64,000 bases of DNA, taken from IMG/VR virus record IMGVR_UViG_3300045001_000016, positions 36,850-100,849 of that record; one strand, 5' to 3'. Origin of the DNA: a virus (lineage: Duplodnaviria; Caudoviricetes). The notes under the pieces were generated by a model. It was not told where the DNA came from and did no database searches. It was given only the letters and a program-made list of their open reading frames with translations. Both the position numbers and the translations under genes were made by a program. Of the stretch, positions 18,273 through 27,760 are shown piece after piece (within the stretch, counting starts at the first letter, position 1; each line of letters starts with the position of its first letter).

Positions 18273-19112
18273 ATGGCCCTAGGTAAAGACTACCATCAAC
18301 TCCCCATGTTTGGCGAGCCGCCCACCGTCCCCGTGCGCGCTGATGTCGGGGGCGTGGTGCGCGAAGTCGTCGTCTATCGCGGTCGCGCGTACGTGCGGTA
18401 TCCAGAGAGCGCGAATCGCTCACTGCGCGCGTATTTCTCCTGCACCTACAGTCGGGGTGGCGGCGAGCGACAGCGCCACTTCTTGCACCGCGACCTGTGG
18501 GAGGACGTGTATGGGCCGATTCCGCCCAAGCACCACGTACACCACATTAATGAGGACCCGCTTGACAATCGCCTTGAAAATCTGGCCTGCAAGAGCGGGC
18601 GTGATCACCTCTCCGACCATGGACACGCGCCCTGGCGTCAGGAATTATCCCGACAACAGGCTGAGCGTATGCGCCCGCTCACCAAGGAGTGGCATGGCTC
18701 AGAGGAGGGGCGTGCATGGCATCGCGAGCACGGCAGGGACGTCCACGAGAGCATGCCTCTCGTGACCCTCACCTGTGCGCAGTGTGGTACCCTTTTCCAG
18801 ACGAAGCAGCTTCGCGCAACCTATGCGCTCTTCTGTTCCAATGCGTGCAAGTCCGCAGCGCGTCGAGCAAGCGGAGTAGACGACGAAGATCGTGCGTGCA
18901 TCGTCTGCGGTACGATGTTCCGCATCAATCGCTACCGCAAAACCCTCACCTGCTCTGTTGCATGTGCCCGCGCGCTGACCGATCAGCCCATCGAGAAGAT
19001 CTGCGAGGAGTGCGGCACACTGTATCAAGGATCGCCGCGCTATGGGCGCTTTTGCTCACGATCTTGCGGCTGGCAATCGTGGCGCAGGAGGCGCAATGAT
19101 GGCCAACACTAG
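18273..19112 (+). CDS. HNH homing endonuclease with multiple CxxC...CS..C Zn fingers
   Basis: 'LHRDLWEDVYGPIPPKHHVHHINEDPLDNRLENL'; AGGAGG SD before ATG at 18273. Confidence 0.9.
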   Translation: MALGKDYHQLPMFGEPPTVPVRADVGGVVREVVVYRGRAYVRYPESANRSLRAYFSCTYSRGGGERQRHFLHRDLWEDVYGPIPPKHHVHHINEDPLDNRLENLACKSGRDHLSDHGHAPWRQELSRQQAERMRPLTKEWHGSEEGRAWHREHGRDVHESMPLVTLTCAQCGTLFQTKQLRATYALFCSNACKSAARRASGVDDEDRACIVCGTMFRINRYRKTLTCSVACARALTDQPIEKICEECGTLYQGSPRYGRFCSRSCGWQSWRRRRNDGQH

Positions 19113-20590
19113 ATGAGAGAAATCTTCGCGGGACCCCTTACGAGGACATTTGTGCAATAGCGTAATGCGTCTGCGTGGTGATCCGCCCGCTTCAGAACCA
19201 CATCGGAGACCGTGCCGCCGATTTCGCGGTAGGCGTAGGCGGCCATCTCGGTGGGGATGTAGTCGAGGCGATCCGAGAAGATCATCGTGGGTCGCTTGGG
19301 GCCATCGGGGTCTCTGGGGTCAATGGGACGCTGGCCAGCGAGCGCTCCGTAGACCAGGCCAATACCCTGCTTCACATCCTTGATGGCCTTGATCGCCGGC
19401 AGGCCCGCACGGCGCAAGGCGTCGATCGCGTCACTATCCCAGTCGGCGGCCAGCTTGGTAAATGCATAGGTCCGACTCATGGAGCGCGCGATCTTGACCC
19501 AGGTCAGTTGATGGGGGTCTTCGGCCACGACGGGGATCTCGGCCCCATAGTAGCCATCGATCTCCACGATGGTCCCGTCCTTGGCTATGCCGGCGATGAC
19601 CAGGCAGCCGGGCTGGGACATGTTGAAGTCGATGCCCGCCGCGACATAGTCCAGGGTGAAGGTCCCGTAGCGCTTGGTGGTGACGGTGCGCGTGCGCGGG
19701 TCGTAGCGCAGGCTCTCCATGTGCGTGCCCCGGTCGAAGACGGGGTAGACGAGGGCCTGGTTCGCGGCAAACGCCTCGGTATAGACAGCGGGGTATTCGC
19801 GCTTGCGCTGGGTCTCGCTGTAGTCAGCGGTCTCGCGCGCCAGCCACTCAGGAGTACGCCCCGGATGGGCAAACCAGGGGATGAAGACGGCGCGCAACTT
19901 GCCTTTGCGCTGCATGGCCTGGCCGTAGAGATCGTGGAAGAACCTCATGGGCCCCTGCGACGTGGAGGCGATGATGAGTTGACCGCCGGGACCGTCAACA
20001 GTAGGCTTGACCGCGCTATATAACGCCGCCAAGTCAGCCACGTAGTCGGCCTCGTCAATGAAGACCAAGCTTGCCGTGTCTGAACGCCCCGCCCCCTCGG
20101 TGGCGGCCATCGACTCAACCTTGGAGCCATTTCCAAAGGAGATCGTCTGGTTGTTCCAGATGTCGGCAGGTGGACAGAACTCCTTCATCCACGCGGGCAG
20201 GCGCTCATAGGTCGCCTTGATGCGTTCCAGGAGCTTGGTGGCCTCGGGCTCACGTTTGCTCAGGAGCAGGATGTAGGCGTTGCTTTTGTACATGGCCCGC
20301 CAGAGCACATAGGCGCAGACCGTGGTCGTGATGCCCAACTGCCGCGCCTTGAGGATGCAGAAGTGCTCCTCGTTCTTCTGGAACGCCGCGATGAGTTGCT
20401 GCTGGAACTTCCAGAGGACGAAGGGTTCGTAGAGCCGGCTGCCGTCATCGTTGCGGATCAGAATCTTGCAGTAGGTCTCGATCCAGTAGATGGCGCTCTG
20501 TGCGGAGAGGGCTAGCTCGATCGCAATCTGCTCGGGTGAGAGTGCCTGGTCTAGGTTCTGGGGTTCTTGCTTGGGTCGGCGGGCTGGCAT
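19109..20590 (-). CDS. terL: Terminase large subunit
   Basis: 'ILKARQLGIT' Walker A, 'VFIDEAD' Walker B, 'ASTSQG', RNase-H-like 'GIDF...DHHADALRY'. Confidence 0.93.
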   Translation of the reverse strand: MPARRPKQEPQNLDQALSPEQIAIELALSAQSAIYWIETYCKILIRNDDGSRLYEPFVLWKFQQQLIAAFQKNEEHFCILKARQLGITTTVCAYVLWRAMYKSNAYILLLSKREPEATKLLERIKATYERLPAWMKEFCPPADIWNNQTISFGNGSKVESMAATEGAGRSDTASLVFIDEADYVADLAALYSAVKPTVDGPGGQLIIASTSQGPMRFFHDLYGQAMQRKGKLRAVFIPWFAHPGRTPEWLARETADYSETQRKREYPAVYTEAFAANQALVYPVFDRGTHMESLRYDPRTRTVTTKRYGTFTLDYVAAGIDFNMSQPGCLVIAGIAKDGTIVEIDGYYGAEIPVVAEDPHQLTWVKIARSMSRTYAFTKLAADWDSDAIDALRRAGLPAIKAIKDVKQGIGLVYGALAGQRPIDPRDPDGPKRPTMIFSDRLDYIPTEMAAYAYREIGGTVSDVVLKRADHHADALRYCTNVLVRGPAKISLI

Positions 20591-20637
20591 AGGGGGTCTC
20601 TCGTCCAGTGGTGCCGGGTCAGGGGAGGGAGGATGCG

Positions 20638-21348
20638 CTACAGACCGATATCTCCGAGGGGATCGGGATCATCGGGCGACGGCAGACCGCGCTCAAGGGT
20701 GATCTCGTTTTTCATGATGATCGCCTTCTCGACGGAGAGCCGCAGCATGTCGGGCGTCAGCCTGAACGCCGTACCCTCATCGTCGTCGCGATCGACATTG
20801 CTGCCCAATACACTCCGCTCGATGTCCCGGGCTTCCTTCAGGAATGCAAGAGCCACCTGTGCTTTGGAGGGATCGCAGCCCTTGACCAGGACTGTCTTTG
20901 TCGGCTCGTCGATGACGCCTTCAAGCTCCCGCTCGCGTAAGTAGCTGAATGCCTTTCCCCGCAGGAGCAACGCAACCTTGAGCTGGTCGCTCTCGCGCTT
21001 GCGTCGTTCCTTGTCCTTCTCCGCGCGCTCGGCCTCCCTGATGGCCTGGCGTTGCTGCCGGTCATGGTCGCGGGCCAGCGCCGTCCACTCGCCCGTCTTG
21101 GCCCAGCGGCCTAGCGTGCTGGCGGGGAGTCCGGTGGTGCGGGCAAGCTCGGCAAGGGTGCGTCCTGGGCCGAGCGCGAGGTAGTCTTTGAGGGCATCCT
21201 CAGCCGTAGGGTCGGGGCTGACCGCCACGTCAGCAGCAGGCGCGCGGGCCGCCACGCGTGCGGCTCCCTGGGGAACCAGCGCATGCTCGCCAGCGGAGGC
21301 ATCCATGTCTCCTCCGACGTGTCCACTGGGATGTTGAGCCGGTTGCAC
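20638..21348 (-). CDS. Probable terminase small subunit (HTH); start codon uncertain
   Basis: 'YLALGPGRTLAELA.....STLGRWAK...W...AR.HD' HTH pattern, directly upstream of TerL. Confidence 0.7.
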   Translation of the reverse strand: MQPAQHPSGHVGGDMDASAGEHALVPQGAARVAARAPAADVAVSPDPTAEDALKDYLALGPGRTLAELARTTGLPASTLGRWAKTGEWTALARDHDRQQRQAIREAERAEKDKERRKRESDQLKVALLLRGKAFSYLRERELEGVIDEPTKTVLVKGCDPSKAQVALAFLKEARDIERSVLGSNVDRDDDEGTAFRLTPDMLRLSVEKAIIMKNEITLERGLPSPDDPDPLGDIGL

Positions 21349-22024
21349 AGGTCCTCCAGTTGGGCGTCGGTCAGGCGGTCCAGCATGGCGTACAGCGCAT
21401 CGTCCCCCAGGTCATGCCTCGGCCGGAGGTCCGACTGGGGGCGGGGTTGCGCCGTCATCGATGTCGCCATCGTGCTCCTCCGGGGTCGTGGCCGGCACGG
21501 CTTTGATCTGCGCGCGCCGCTCCTCCGGTGATTGCAGGTGCAGGGGCACGGTATCCGCTGAGGCTGAGGCAGATGTCACACCTGATGGTGGGGTCAACAG
21601 TGTGGGCATCGGCTCACTGGTGGTGATTGTCCAGGTGCCCTGCGGGACCATCGCACTACCCTGCGGCAGCGTGTAGGTCTTCGGATCAGCCCAGATCATC
21701 TGGATGTCTCCACTCACCACCTTGTTGCTGGGGACAAAGGCAATGGGTCCGGGATCGGGCTGGTGGAAGCCCTCCTCCAGACGCGGGGAGACAGGCTCAT
21801 CGCGGGTGCGCCGCGCGCGTGCCTCTTCGCGCAAGGAGACGAATAGGTCGCCCACGATCACGATGGCGCAGGCGATCATGACCAGCGTAAAGAGCGGGTT
21901 CGGATGGGCGGGTGAGGGTCCGTGAGGACCTGAGTCGGAGAGCGCGGCGTCCAGGAAGAGGCCCGCCATGGCCAGGGTGCCCAGGGCCCAGAGTGCGGCG
22001 AGCACCCCGTTGTAGAGATGGCGC

Positions 22025-22819
22025 CTACTGAGCCGACGCATAGGACGCCTCCAGCAGCATATCCGCCGCGTCATCAGCGCCCTTCTGGACGGTCACCGAC
22101 GTGATCCCGACGTCAATGGTGATGAGGTCAACCCCGGACACATCGATGGTGTGTCGACCCAGGCCGTAGCGCTCGCCGCTCAGAGTCTCGGGCGCGATCT
22201 TGCCAGGAACAGCCCCCTTGGGCGCTTTCGCCTTGGGGTGACGCCCCTTGCCTTTCGCTTGTGGCGTCGGCTGTTCTGGTGCGGTGTCGGGGACAGGCGT
22301 CGGGGGCGCTGGCGCTGGCTCAGGGTCCGTCGGACGAACCGCCAGGTTCCCTTCGCTCAGGGCATCCTCGACGGACGGCGGCAGCACCAGCGACCCGACG
22401 CTCTGCACGATGTCATCGATCTGTCCTGTTTGCAGGGCGACCGTGTCCAGGTCGTACTCCTGGGCGTCTAGCTCCAGGATCAGGTCGCGCAGCAGCACGC
22501 TATCGAATTCGGCAAACCCTGCGTTCAGGCTGACGTTGGCCGCACGCTGCGTCGCCTCATCGTAGTCCACGATGACGGCGGGCACCTCGGTCATGCCCAG
22601 GCGCGCAGCGGCGATAACGCGCTGGTGGCCCGCCACCAGGTAGCCCGTTCTCCTATTGAAGACGACGGGCTGCGTGAAGCCGTACGTCCTGATGGACTGC
22701 ACCAGGCGGTCGAGAGCCTCGGGCGTAATGGTGCGCGGGTTCTTTGGATCGGCGCGTAGCTCACCAATCGCGATCATCCGCGTCGGGAGGGCCGTCTGCT
22801 TAGGCTCCATGCGCAGCAT
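22025..22819 (-). CDS. ParB/Srx N-terminal domain protein
   Basis: 'L..DPKNPR.I...L..SIRTYGFTQPVVFN...LVAGHQRV.AA..LG..EVP'. Confidence 0.88.
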   Translation of the reverse strand: MLRMEPKQTALPTRMIAIGELRADPKNPRTITPEALDRLVQSIRTYGFTQPVVFNRRTGYLVAGHQRVIAAARLGMTEVPAVIVDYDEATQRAANVSLNAGFAEFDSVLLRDLILELDAQEYDLDTVALQTGQIDDIVQSVGSLVLPPSVEDALSEGNLAVRPTDPEPAPAPPTPVPDTAPEQPTPQAKGKGRHPKAKAPKGAVPGKIAPETLSGERYGLGRHTIDVSGVDLITIDVGITSVTVQKGADDAADMLLEASYASAQ

Positions 22820-23246
22820 CTCCCTCTACCTCGTCCTGGTCATCGGCCATCTCGGCCATCGTGAACGCCTCAGCCGTGGTGTGCGCGGCGAAGATGCTGG
22901 CGCTGATCACGGCAAGAGGGTCGTCCGCATCCGTGCAGCCCAGGTCCTCCAGGCGGTCAATAAGCGACTCCACCAGGTCCTGCGCTTCAGAGAGCAGGCG
23001 GCGGATGTGCTCCAATGCATCGTCGGCCGCCGCCAGGTCCTGCGCGCGCTGGGCGCGGGCGGCAACCGCGCGCATGCGCGCGCGCTCTTTGGCTTGCTCT
23101 TCCTTGATGGTCTGCAAGAGGGAGCCCACCGGTACGCGGGAGATGTCGATCTCCAGGCGGGCGGGTTGGTAGGTGCCGAATCCGGCGCTAGGCTGATAGG
23201 TCAGGGTCTTGGTCGTAGCGGCCGTCTGCGTGAGGGGGTTGGTCAT
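22800..23246 (-). CDS. Hypothetical helical protein
   Basis: ORF track; overlaps the ParB-like gene start; GAGGA SD. Confidence 0.6.
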   Translation of the reverse strand: MTNPLTQTAATTKTLTYQPSAGFGTYQPARLEIDISRVPVGSLLQTIKEEQAKERARMRAVAARAQRAQDLAAADDALEHIRRLLSEAQDLVESLIDRLEDLGCTDADDPLAVISASIFAAHTTAEAFTMAEMADDQDEVEGDAAHGA

Positions 23247-23272
23247 GGGCCGAGTCCTCTGTTGTTGGTTCG

Positions 23273-24304
23273 TTATCGTCGGGGGAGAGGGTCACCTAGG
23301 TGATGGAGATCTGCTGCGGCAATGTGGCAGGAGGCGACGGCGCGCCCGTCGGCGCTGTAGTAGAGGTCGATGCCCCCGTCGCGCCACTGGGCCGCCGCGG
23401 GCATGACCGAGCCATGCCGGGCAGGATGCCCGTCCTCTTTGGTGCCACGTTCATAGAGCGCCTGGGGACTCAGGAGCGGGCGGTGACTTCGCGCCCAGGG
23501 CAGACCGGTCCGCGTATCCAGGCGCAGGGCTCCAACGGAGATAAGCGAGCGTCCTGTGGGACCGCGGCGGTCCCCCCAGTAGAAGAGGATGTCACCCGCG
23601 GAACTTCCCAGGAGACAGCCAGCACCCAGGCCGTCCATTTCCCAGTCCTCACGCGCCGCTGCCAGCAGCGTGTGCTGCTCGAAGATCACGGTGGGCAGGC
23701 CCGTCCCCTGAATCGGCAGGTAGCTGATCCAGATCTCGGCGGGTGCGGTGCCGATGCCGTCTGGGCGTGGGCTATGGATGAGGCCCCAGGCGCGTCTGCC
23801 ATCGGGGGCGCGCAGCGGCCAAGGCAAGAAGACGGCGTGTCCGTTGGCGCAGCGGCACAAGGGGGGCGCGCCGGTCTCGGGCACGAACTCGACTGGGGTG
23901 CCACTCGTCCACTCCCGACCGTCGGGCGAGAACGCGAGGGCGATCCTGGGCACGGGACCATCCAGCGTGGTGTAGGCCATGACGTACTGGCCGCACAGCG
24001 GCACGTAGGTCACGCGCGCGTCGCGCACCCCACTCCAGGGCAGGGCCAGTCCCAGGCGGCGGACCCCCGCCGGTCGCCCATCGGGGTGCCGCGTCACCTG
24101 GCACAGGCCAATGCGGGCGGCAGCGCCCGCATCGATCAGCGTCGGGTAGAGATAGAACTGGGATGGGCCGCTCCCCAGGGACATCTGCTCGGCACCGCCG
24201 GGTGACGTCACTCCACCCTCTTCACGCTCCAGGCCCGGGCGGGGCTGCATCAGCAGACCGTAGCGCTGAGGGCTCGCGACCCGTTTGCTGCGCGCTTGAG
24301 CCAT
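23273..24304 (-). CDS. GH130-like five-bladed beta-propeller glycosidase, divergent
   Basis: 'RRLGLAL....DARVTYVP..GQYVMAYT......PRIALA.S.D..EW' and 'P...YE..G...V.P.A..R...DLYY' resemble GH130. Confidence 0.6.
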   Translation of the reverse strand: MAQARSKRVASPQRYGLLMQPRPGLEREEGGVTSPGGAEQMSLGSGPSQFYLYPTLIDAGAAARIGLCQVTRHPDGRPAGVRRLGLALPWSGVRDARVTYVPLCGQYVMAYTTLDGPVPRIALAFSPDGREWTSGTPVEFVPETGAPPLCRCANGHAVFLPWPLRAPDGRRAWGLIHSPRPDGIGTAPAEIWISYLPIQGTGLPTVIFEQHTLLAAAREDWEMDGLGAGCLLGSSAGDILFYWGDRRGPTGRSLISVGALRLDTRTGLPWARSHRPLLSPQALYERGTKEDGHPARHGSVMPAAAQWRDGGIDLYYSADGRAVASCHIAAADLHHLGDPLPRR

Positions 24305-24685
24305 TTAGGCGGCCCCAGACTGAAAGAGGCCGTCCAGATCGAGGGATGAGAGCATGCTAAGGGCGTGCTCGCGCCGCCGCGCCTCCAACAGCGCGCGCCA
24401 GATCTTGGTCATTAAGGGGCGCTGCGTCTGGGGCTGGCTGACGTGCACGCGGACCATGCGCACGATCGCCTCAAGCTCGCGCACTTCGACCAATAGGGCG
24501 AAGTCGCCTCCGTCGTCGTGTCCGGAACGCGCCAAATCATCGGCGTCGCAGACGATCTGCGCGCAGCGCTCGGCTAGATCATCCAGCCGCGGGTTCAGGT
24601 TCATGCCCACGTCGATCAGCAGCGCGGCTTCGTCCTTGCTCACCAAGAGTGCCGTGGTCGCAAAGAGTCCGTTAGGCGCGCTCAC
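24305..24685 (-). CDS. Hypothetical protein
   Basis: ORF track; tightly packed in the operon. Confidence 0.6.
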   Translation of the reverse strand: MSAPNGLFATTALLVSKDEAALLIDVGMNLNPRLDDLAERCAQIVCDADDLARSGHDDGGDFALLVEVRELEAIVRMVRVHVSQPQTQRPLMTKIWRALLEARRREHALSMLSSLDLDGLFQSGAA

Positions 24686-24918
24686 CGGGGGCCTGCTTTC
24701 GGGAACTCACGAAAGTTCTTGTTGAAGGCCGAACTTGACGAATAACTGGTCGGCGTAAAGGGGATCAGCATGCGCATCGGCGCGTCGCAGGCCGTACAGG
24801 TGATCTTGGGCCGCTCATCGCGCGGGTGCTCGTACTCAATGACGCTCTTGCAGATTGCGCAGGCAAAGTCATGCCGGCAGACGGCCACGGTGGTGCCATC
24901 AGGCTCTACGCGCAGCAT
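24682..24918 (-). CDS. FmdB-like zinc-ribbon protein
   Basis: 'DFACAIC...E.........CTACDAPMRMLI'. Confidence 0.7.
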   Translation of the reverse strand: MLRVEPDGTTVAVCRHDFACAICKSVIEYEHPRDERPKITCTACDAPMRMLIPFTPTSYSSSSAFNKNFREFPKAGPR

Positions 24919-25130
24919 CAGGACACCTCCACGTTTGCATCTGGCGCGTACAGGGCGGCGAAGTGCTCGGGCGCTAGCACACTCGTAAAGAGGCGTCCGT
25001 CGATGATCGTGCGCACGATACTATCGCCCGGCTCGGCCAAGAGCAGGCCGCGATCGGTCATCACGGGCGTGCGCACCGGGACCGTGTAGGCGTCGGCCTC
25101 CAGACGGGCGGTGCTGCGGTACTGGGCCAT
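24918..25130 (-). CDS. Small hypothetical protein
   Basis: ORF track; 'AEPGD.IV....F...Y' pattern; AAAGGA SD. Confidence 0.6.
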   Translation of the reverse strand: MAQYRSTARLEADAYTVPVRTPVMTDRGLLLAEPGDSIVRTIIDGRLFTSVLAPEHFAALYAPDANVEVS

Positions 25131-25494
25131 AGGGGCTGTCCTTTCCGTGTTCGCACAGGGCGCGTCTTTCGGTGCCTGTGCGGAGCGGCGGGTCTAGTCT
25201 GTAATCACTGCGAAAGACTGCAACGAGAGTGCAACTAGGATTCAAAAGCGGATGCAAAGCGCGCTCCTGGGCGCGCGGGGGTAGGCCGCGGTCCCAGGAG
25301 CGCGCTTGCGCCAGGGCACCGAAGCGCGCCTGGGGGGGCATGGTAGGCAGGGCAGGGCCGTGGGGGCTGGACCCGTGCCCGATGAGCAGGAGTGCGGGTG
25401 AGGGTGGGTTCACCCGAGTCACCCGCTCCGGCGAGGGTGAGCACGCCGTCCTACCGTGATGGGCAGGTGTGCTCATGGGGGGCCACCCGCCGGG

Positions 25495-25578
25495 TCCGCG
25501 CGCTGGAGTCGAACCAGCATGGCTCTGCACCTATGCCTGGCTGTGCAGAGGCGCCGTCTCCAGGCGACGGCGCGCGGC
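25495..25578 (-). ncRNA. tRNA-like structure, non-canonical
   Basis: T-arm GCTGG-TTCGACT-CCAGC, acceptor-like CCGCGC/GCGCGG, D-like GCCGTC/GACGGC, 8-bp stem with 12-nt loop; no CCA. Confidence 0.5.
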
Positions 25579-25595
25579 ATGTAAACTAGACGTAG

Positions 25596-26009
25596 ATGAG
25601 TAGCGATGCGTACGAAAACGAGGTGCTGCTGGTGCAGAGTTACCCAGGACCCGATCTCGGGCCCATCGAGGTGGAGTTCCGCCTGGGCACGGGGACCTTG
25701 CGCGTGCGCACGCGCCGAGTGGGCGGGCCGTGGGCCAGCGTGGACTACCAGGTTGTCCCGGCAGAGGTGCCAGGGTGCGGGGGACTGGGCTGGGTACCGG
25801 TCCCCGTGCCGCTCCCGCAGGCCACAGGGCAGGGGGAGAGCATCGGGACGCACACGGCGGCGCTGCTTGACGGGGTGCACGGCCTCTTCGTGGACGTGGG
25901 CTTTGCCCAGTGGCTGCGCCAGATGCACCAGGAGACCTATGGCTCGGCGCAGGAGGCGTACGCGCAGGTCGCCCGGCAGCTGGGACTCAGTCTGGACAAC
26001 CCCGCATAA
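25596..26009 (+). CDS. Hypothetical protein
   Basis: ORF track; fills the gap, convergent with the methyltransferase. Confidence 0.55.
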   Translation: MSSDAYENEVLLVQSYPGPDLGPIEVEFRLGTGTLRVRTRRVGGPWASVDYQVVPAEVPGCGGLGWVPVPVPLPQATGQGESIGTHTAALLDGVHGLFVDVGFAQWLRQMHQETYGSAQEAYAQVARQLGLSLDNPA

Positions 26010-26021
26010 CGCGTCCGGCGT

Positions 26022-27191
26022 CTAGGCCGCGCTCGTGCGCTCCTGCTCCTGCTCCAGGCGGTCAAGGCGCGCCGCAGCCAGAGGAATGTAGTCGGGATTG
26101 AGTTCAATCCCCAGGGCGCGTCGGCCCAGGCGCACGGCACAGGAGAGCGTTGTGCCAGACCCACAGAACGGATCGAGGACCGTCGCGGGGACGACAGGCG
26201 CGCCGGGATGCTCGCAGGTGGGTTCCCACCCAACCGTGCTGACGGTGGCGAGCGCGGTCATCGTGTCGGCAAGGCCGTCCGTGGTACGCATGCCCGGCAG
26301 TCCCTTGCTCGTGCCCGGACGCAGATGCATGGGCGTGCGCACGGTCACCCGCCTGTAGGGCGCGCCACACGTGCCGCAGCAGCCATGGGCGCTCGTCGAG
26401 GAGAGAATGCAGGGTTCGACCAGGGCTTCGGGGTAGGCGGCAAAGTGCTCGATGTCGGCGACACCGTAGCTTTTGGCGCTGAAGGGCACCGTGGGGACGC
26501 TCCAGACGGTGCGCCGTGAGCGCCATCCATCGTCGCGGCGCGGACCCTCCCAATCGTTCGGTTGATGGCCCGCCGTCTTGCCCCGCGTGAACGACGAACC
26601 TGCGGCACCCTTGACGGCTGGCTCGCGGACGGCCACGTCGTCGTAGTAGTAGTGTTCGCTCGGGCTGAACAGGAAGAGGTACTCGTGGTCGCGGACGGGG
26701 CGGTCGCGCACGCTGGAGGGCATCGCGTTCGGCTTGTGCCAGACACAATCCGCTCTGAGGTACCACCCATCTTCGCGCAGGGCGAAGGCCACCATCCAGG
26801 GAATGCCGATGAGATCTTTGCGCTTGAGCCCGCCCGTGACGGGGGCGCGGCCCTGCTGCGGCATCATCCTGCCGGATGTGGTGCGCCGGTGGCTCTCCGC
26901 ACCGCCGCCGCCCGATCCAGCCGCGTAGGAGTCGCCCAGGTTGAGCCAGAAGACGCCGTCCGGCCGCAGCACGCGGCGCAGTTCCCGAAAGACGCCGACC
27001 AGGCGCAGCACGTACTCCGTGGGCGTCTGTTCACGCCCGATCTCCTGCTCGCCCGCGCCATACGATCGTAAATTGAAGTAGGGAGGAGAGGTGACCGCGC
27101 AGTGGACGCTGTCGTCGGGCATAGCCCGAAGCAGCTGTGCGGCCTCACCCTGATAGAGCGCGCCCCAGTTTCCGGAGATGGCAGGGTCCAT
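26022..27191 (-). CDS. N4-C/N6-A DNA methyltransferase (beta class) with a Cys-rich insertion
   Basis: 'VTSPPY' catalytic motif before the '[10 protein letters not shown]' SAM-binding motif. Confidence 0.93.
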   Translation of the reverse strand: MDPAISGNWGALYQGEAAQLLRAMPDDSVHCAVTSPPYFNLRSYGAGEQEIGREQTPTEYVLRLVGVFRELRRVLRPDGVFWLNLGDSYAAGSGGGGAESHRRTTSGRMMPQQGRAPVTGGLKRKDLIGIPWMVAFALREDGWYLRADCVWHKPNAMPSSVRDRPVRDHEYLFLFSPSEHYYYDDVAVREPAVKGAAGSSFTRGKTAGHQPNDWEGPRRDDGWRSRRTVWSVPTVPFSAKSYGVADIEHFAAYPEALVEPCILSSTSAHGCCGTCGAPYRRVTVRTPMHLRPGTSKGLPGMRTTDGLADTMTALATVSTVGWEPTCEHPGAPVVPATVLDPFCGSGTTLSCAVRLGRRALGIELNPDYIPLAAARLDRLEQEQERTSAA

Positions 27192-27193
27192 GG

Positions 27194-27760
27194 CTAGGAG
27201 GTCGCAGACGCGCTCAGGCGGTCGAGGATCTGGCGCAGCTCTGTGGCGAAGGTGTTCTCGGTCCGCTGCCCGCCCCAGTACTTCTTGTAGGTGCCCAGTT
27301 CGCCCTGCTCCAGGCGCGCGCGCAGCGCCTCTATGCTGGTTTCTTCAGCCTGCCACTGACCCTGGAGGTTATAGCATGAGCAGTGCGTGGCGTTGACCTC
27401 GTAGAGCTTACCGGTGTAGCGGCCCTGCAGGAGCACGAACGCCGTCCACTCGTAGCTATCGGCGGGGTCGCCGTAGTAGGCCAGCAGCACCCAGTAGGGT
27501 TCCAGCGCCGTGCGCTCAATCCCGAAGGCGTCGGTGATGTCGTCCTGGTTCGTAAAGTCGCCCAGGAAGACGGGGGTCAGCGCCTTCTCGCGCTCGGCGG
27601 CCACGTCGCTAAAGAAGGCGGCGAGGCCCGAGACGCTGAAGTAGACGCGTCCGGTCTCCTGGTCGTAGACACACAACGGCATGGCGCTCAGGGGTATCGT
27701 GTCCGTACTCGCGAGCGCGGTGAGGTTAGTGACGAGGTTGTCTAGGGAGGCTGATGCCAT
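27194..27760 (-). CDS. Hypothetical phage protein
   Basis: 'SYEWTAFVL....GKLYEV...HCSCYNL.GQW' conserved-looking block. Confidence 0.65.
   Translation of the reverse strand: MASASLDNLVTNLTALASTDTIPLSAMPLCVYDQETGRVYFSVSGLAAFFSDVAAEREKALTPVFLGDFTNQDDITDAFGIERTALEPYWVLLAYYGDPADSYEWTAFVLLQGRYTGKLYEVNATHCSCYNLQGQWQAEETSIEALRARLEQGELGTYKKYWGGQRTENTFATELRQILDRLSASATS

Noticed and set aside
25495-25578. Canonical tRNA gene
   Set aside because: No 7-nt anticodon loop, only a 6-bp acceptor stem, no U8 linker and no CCA; kept only as tRNA-like.
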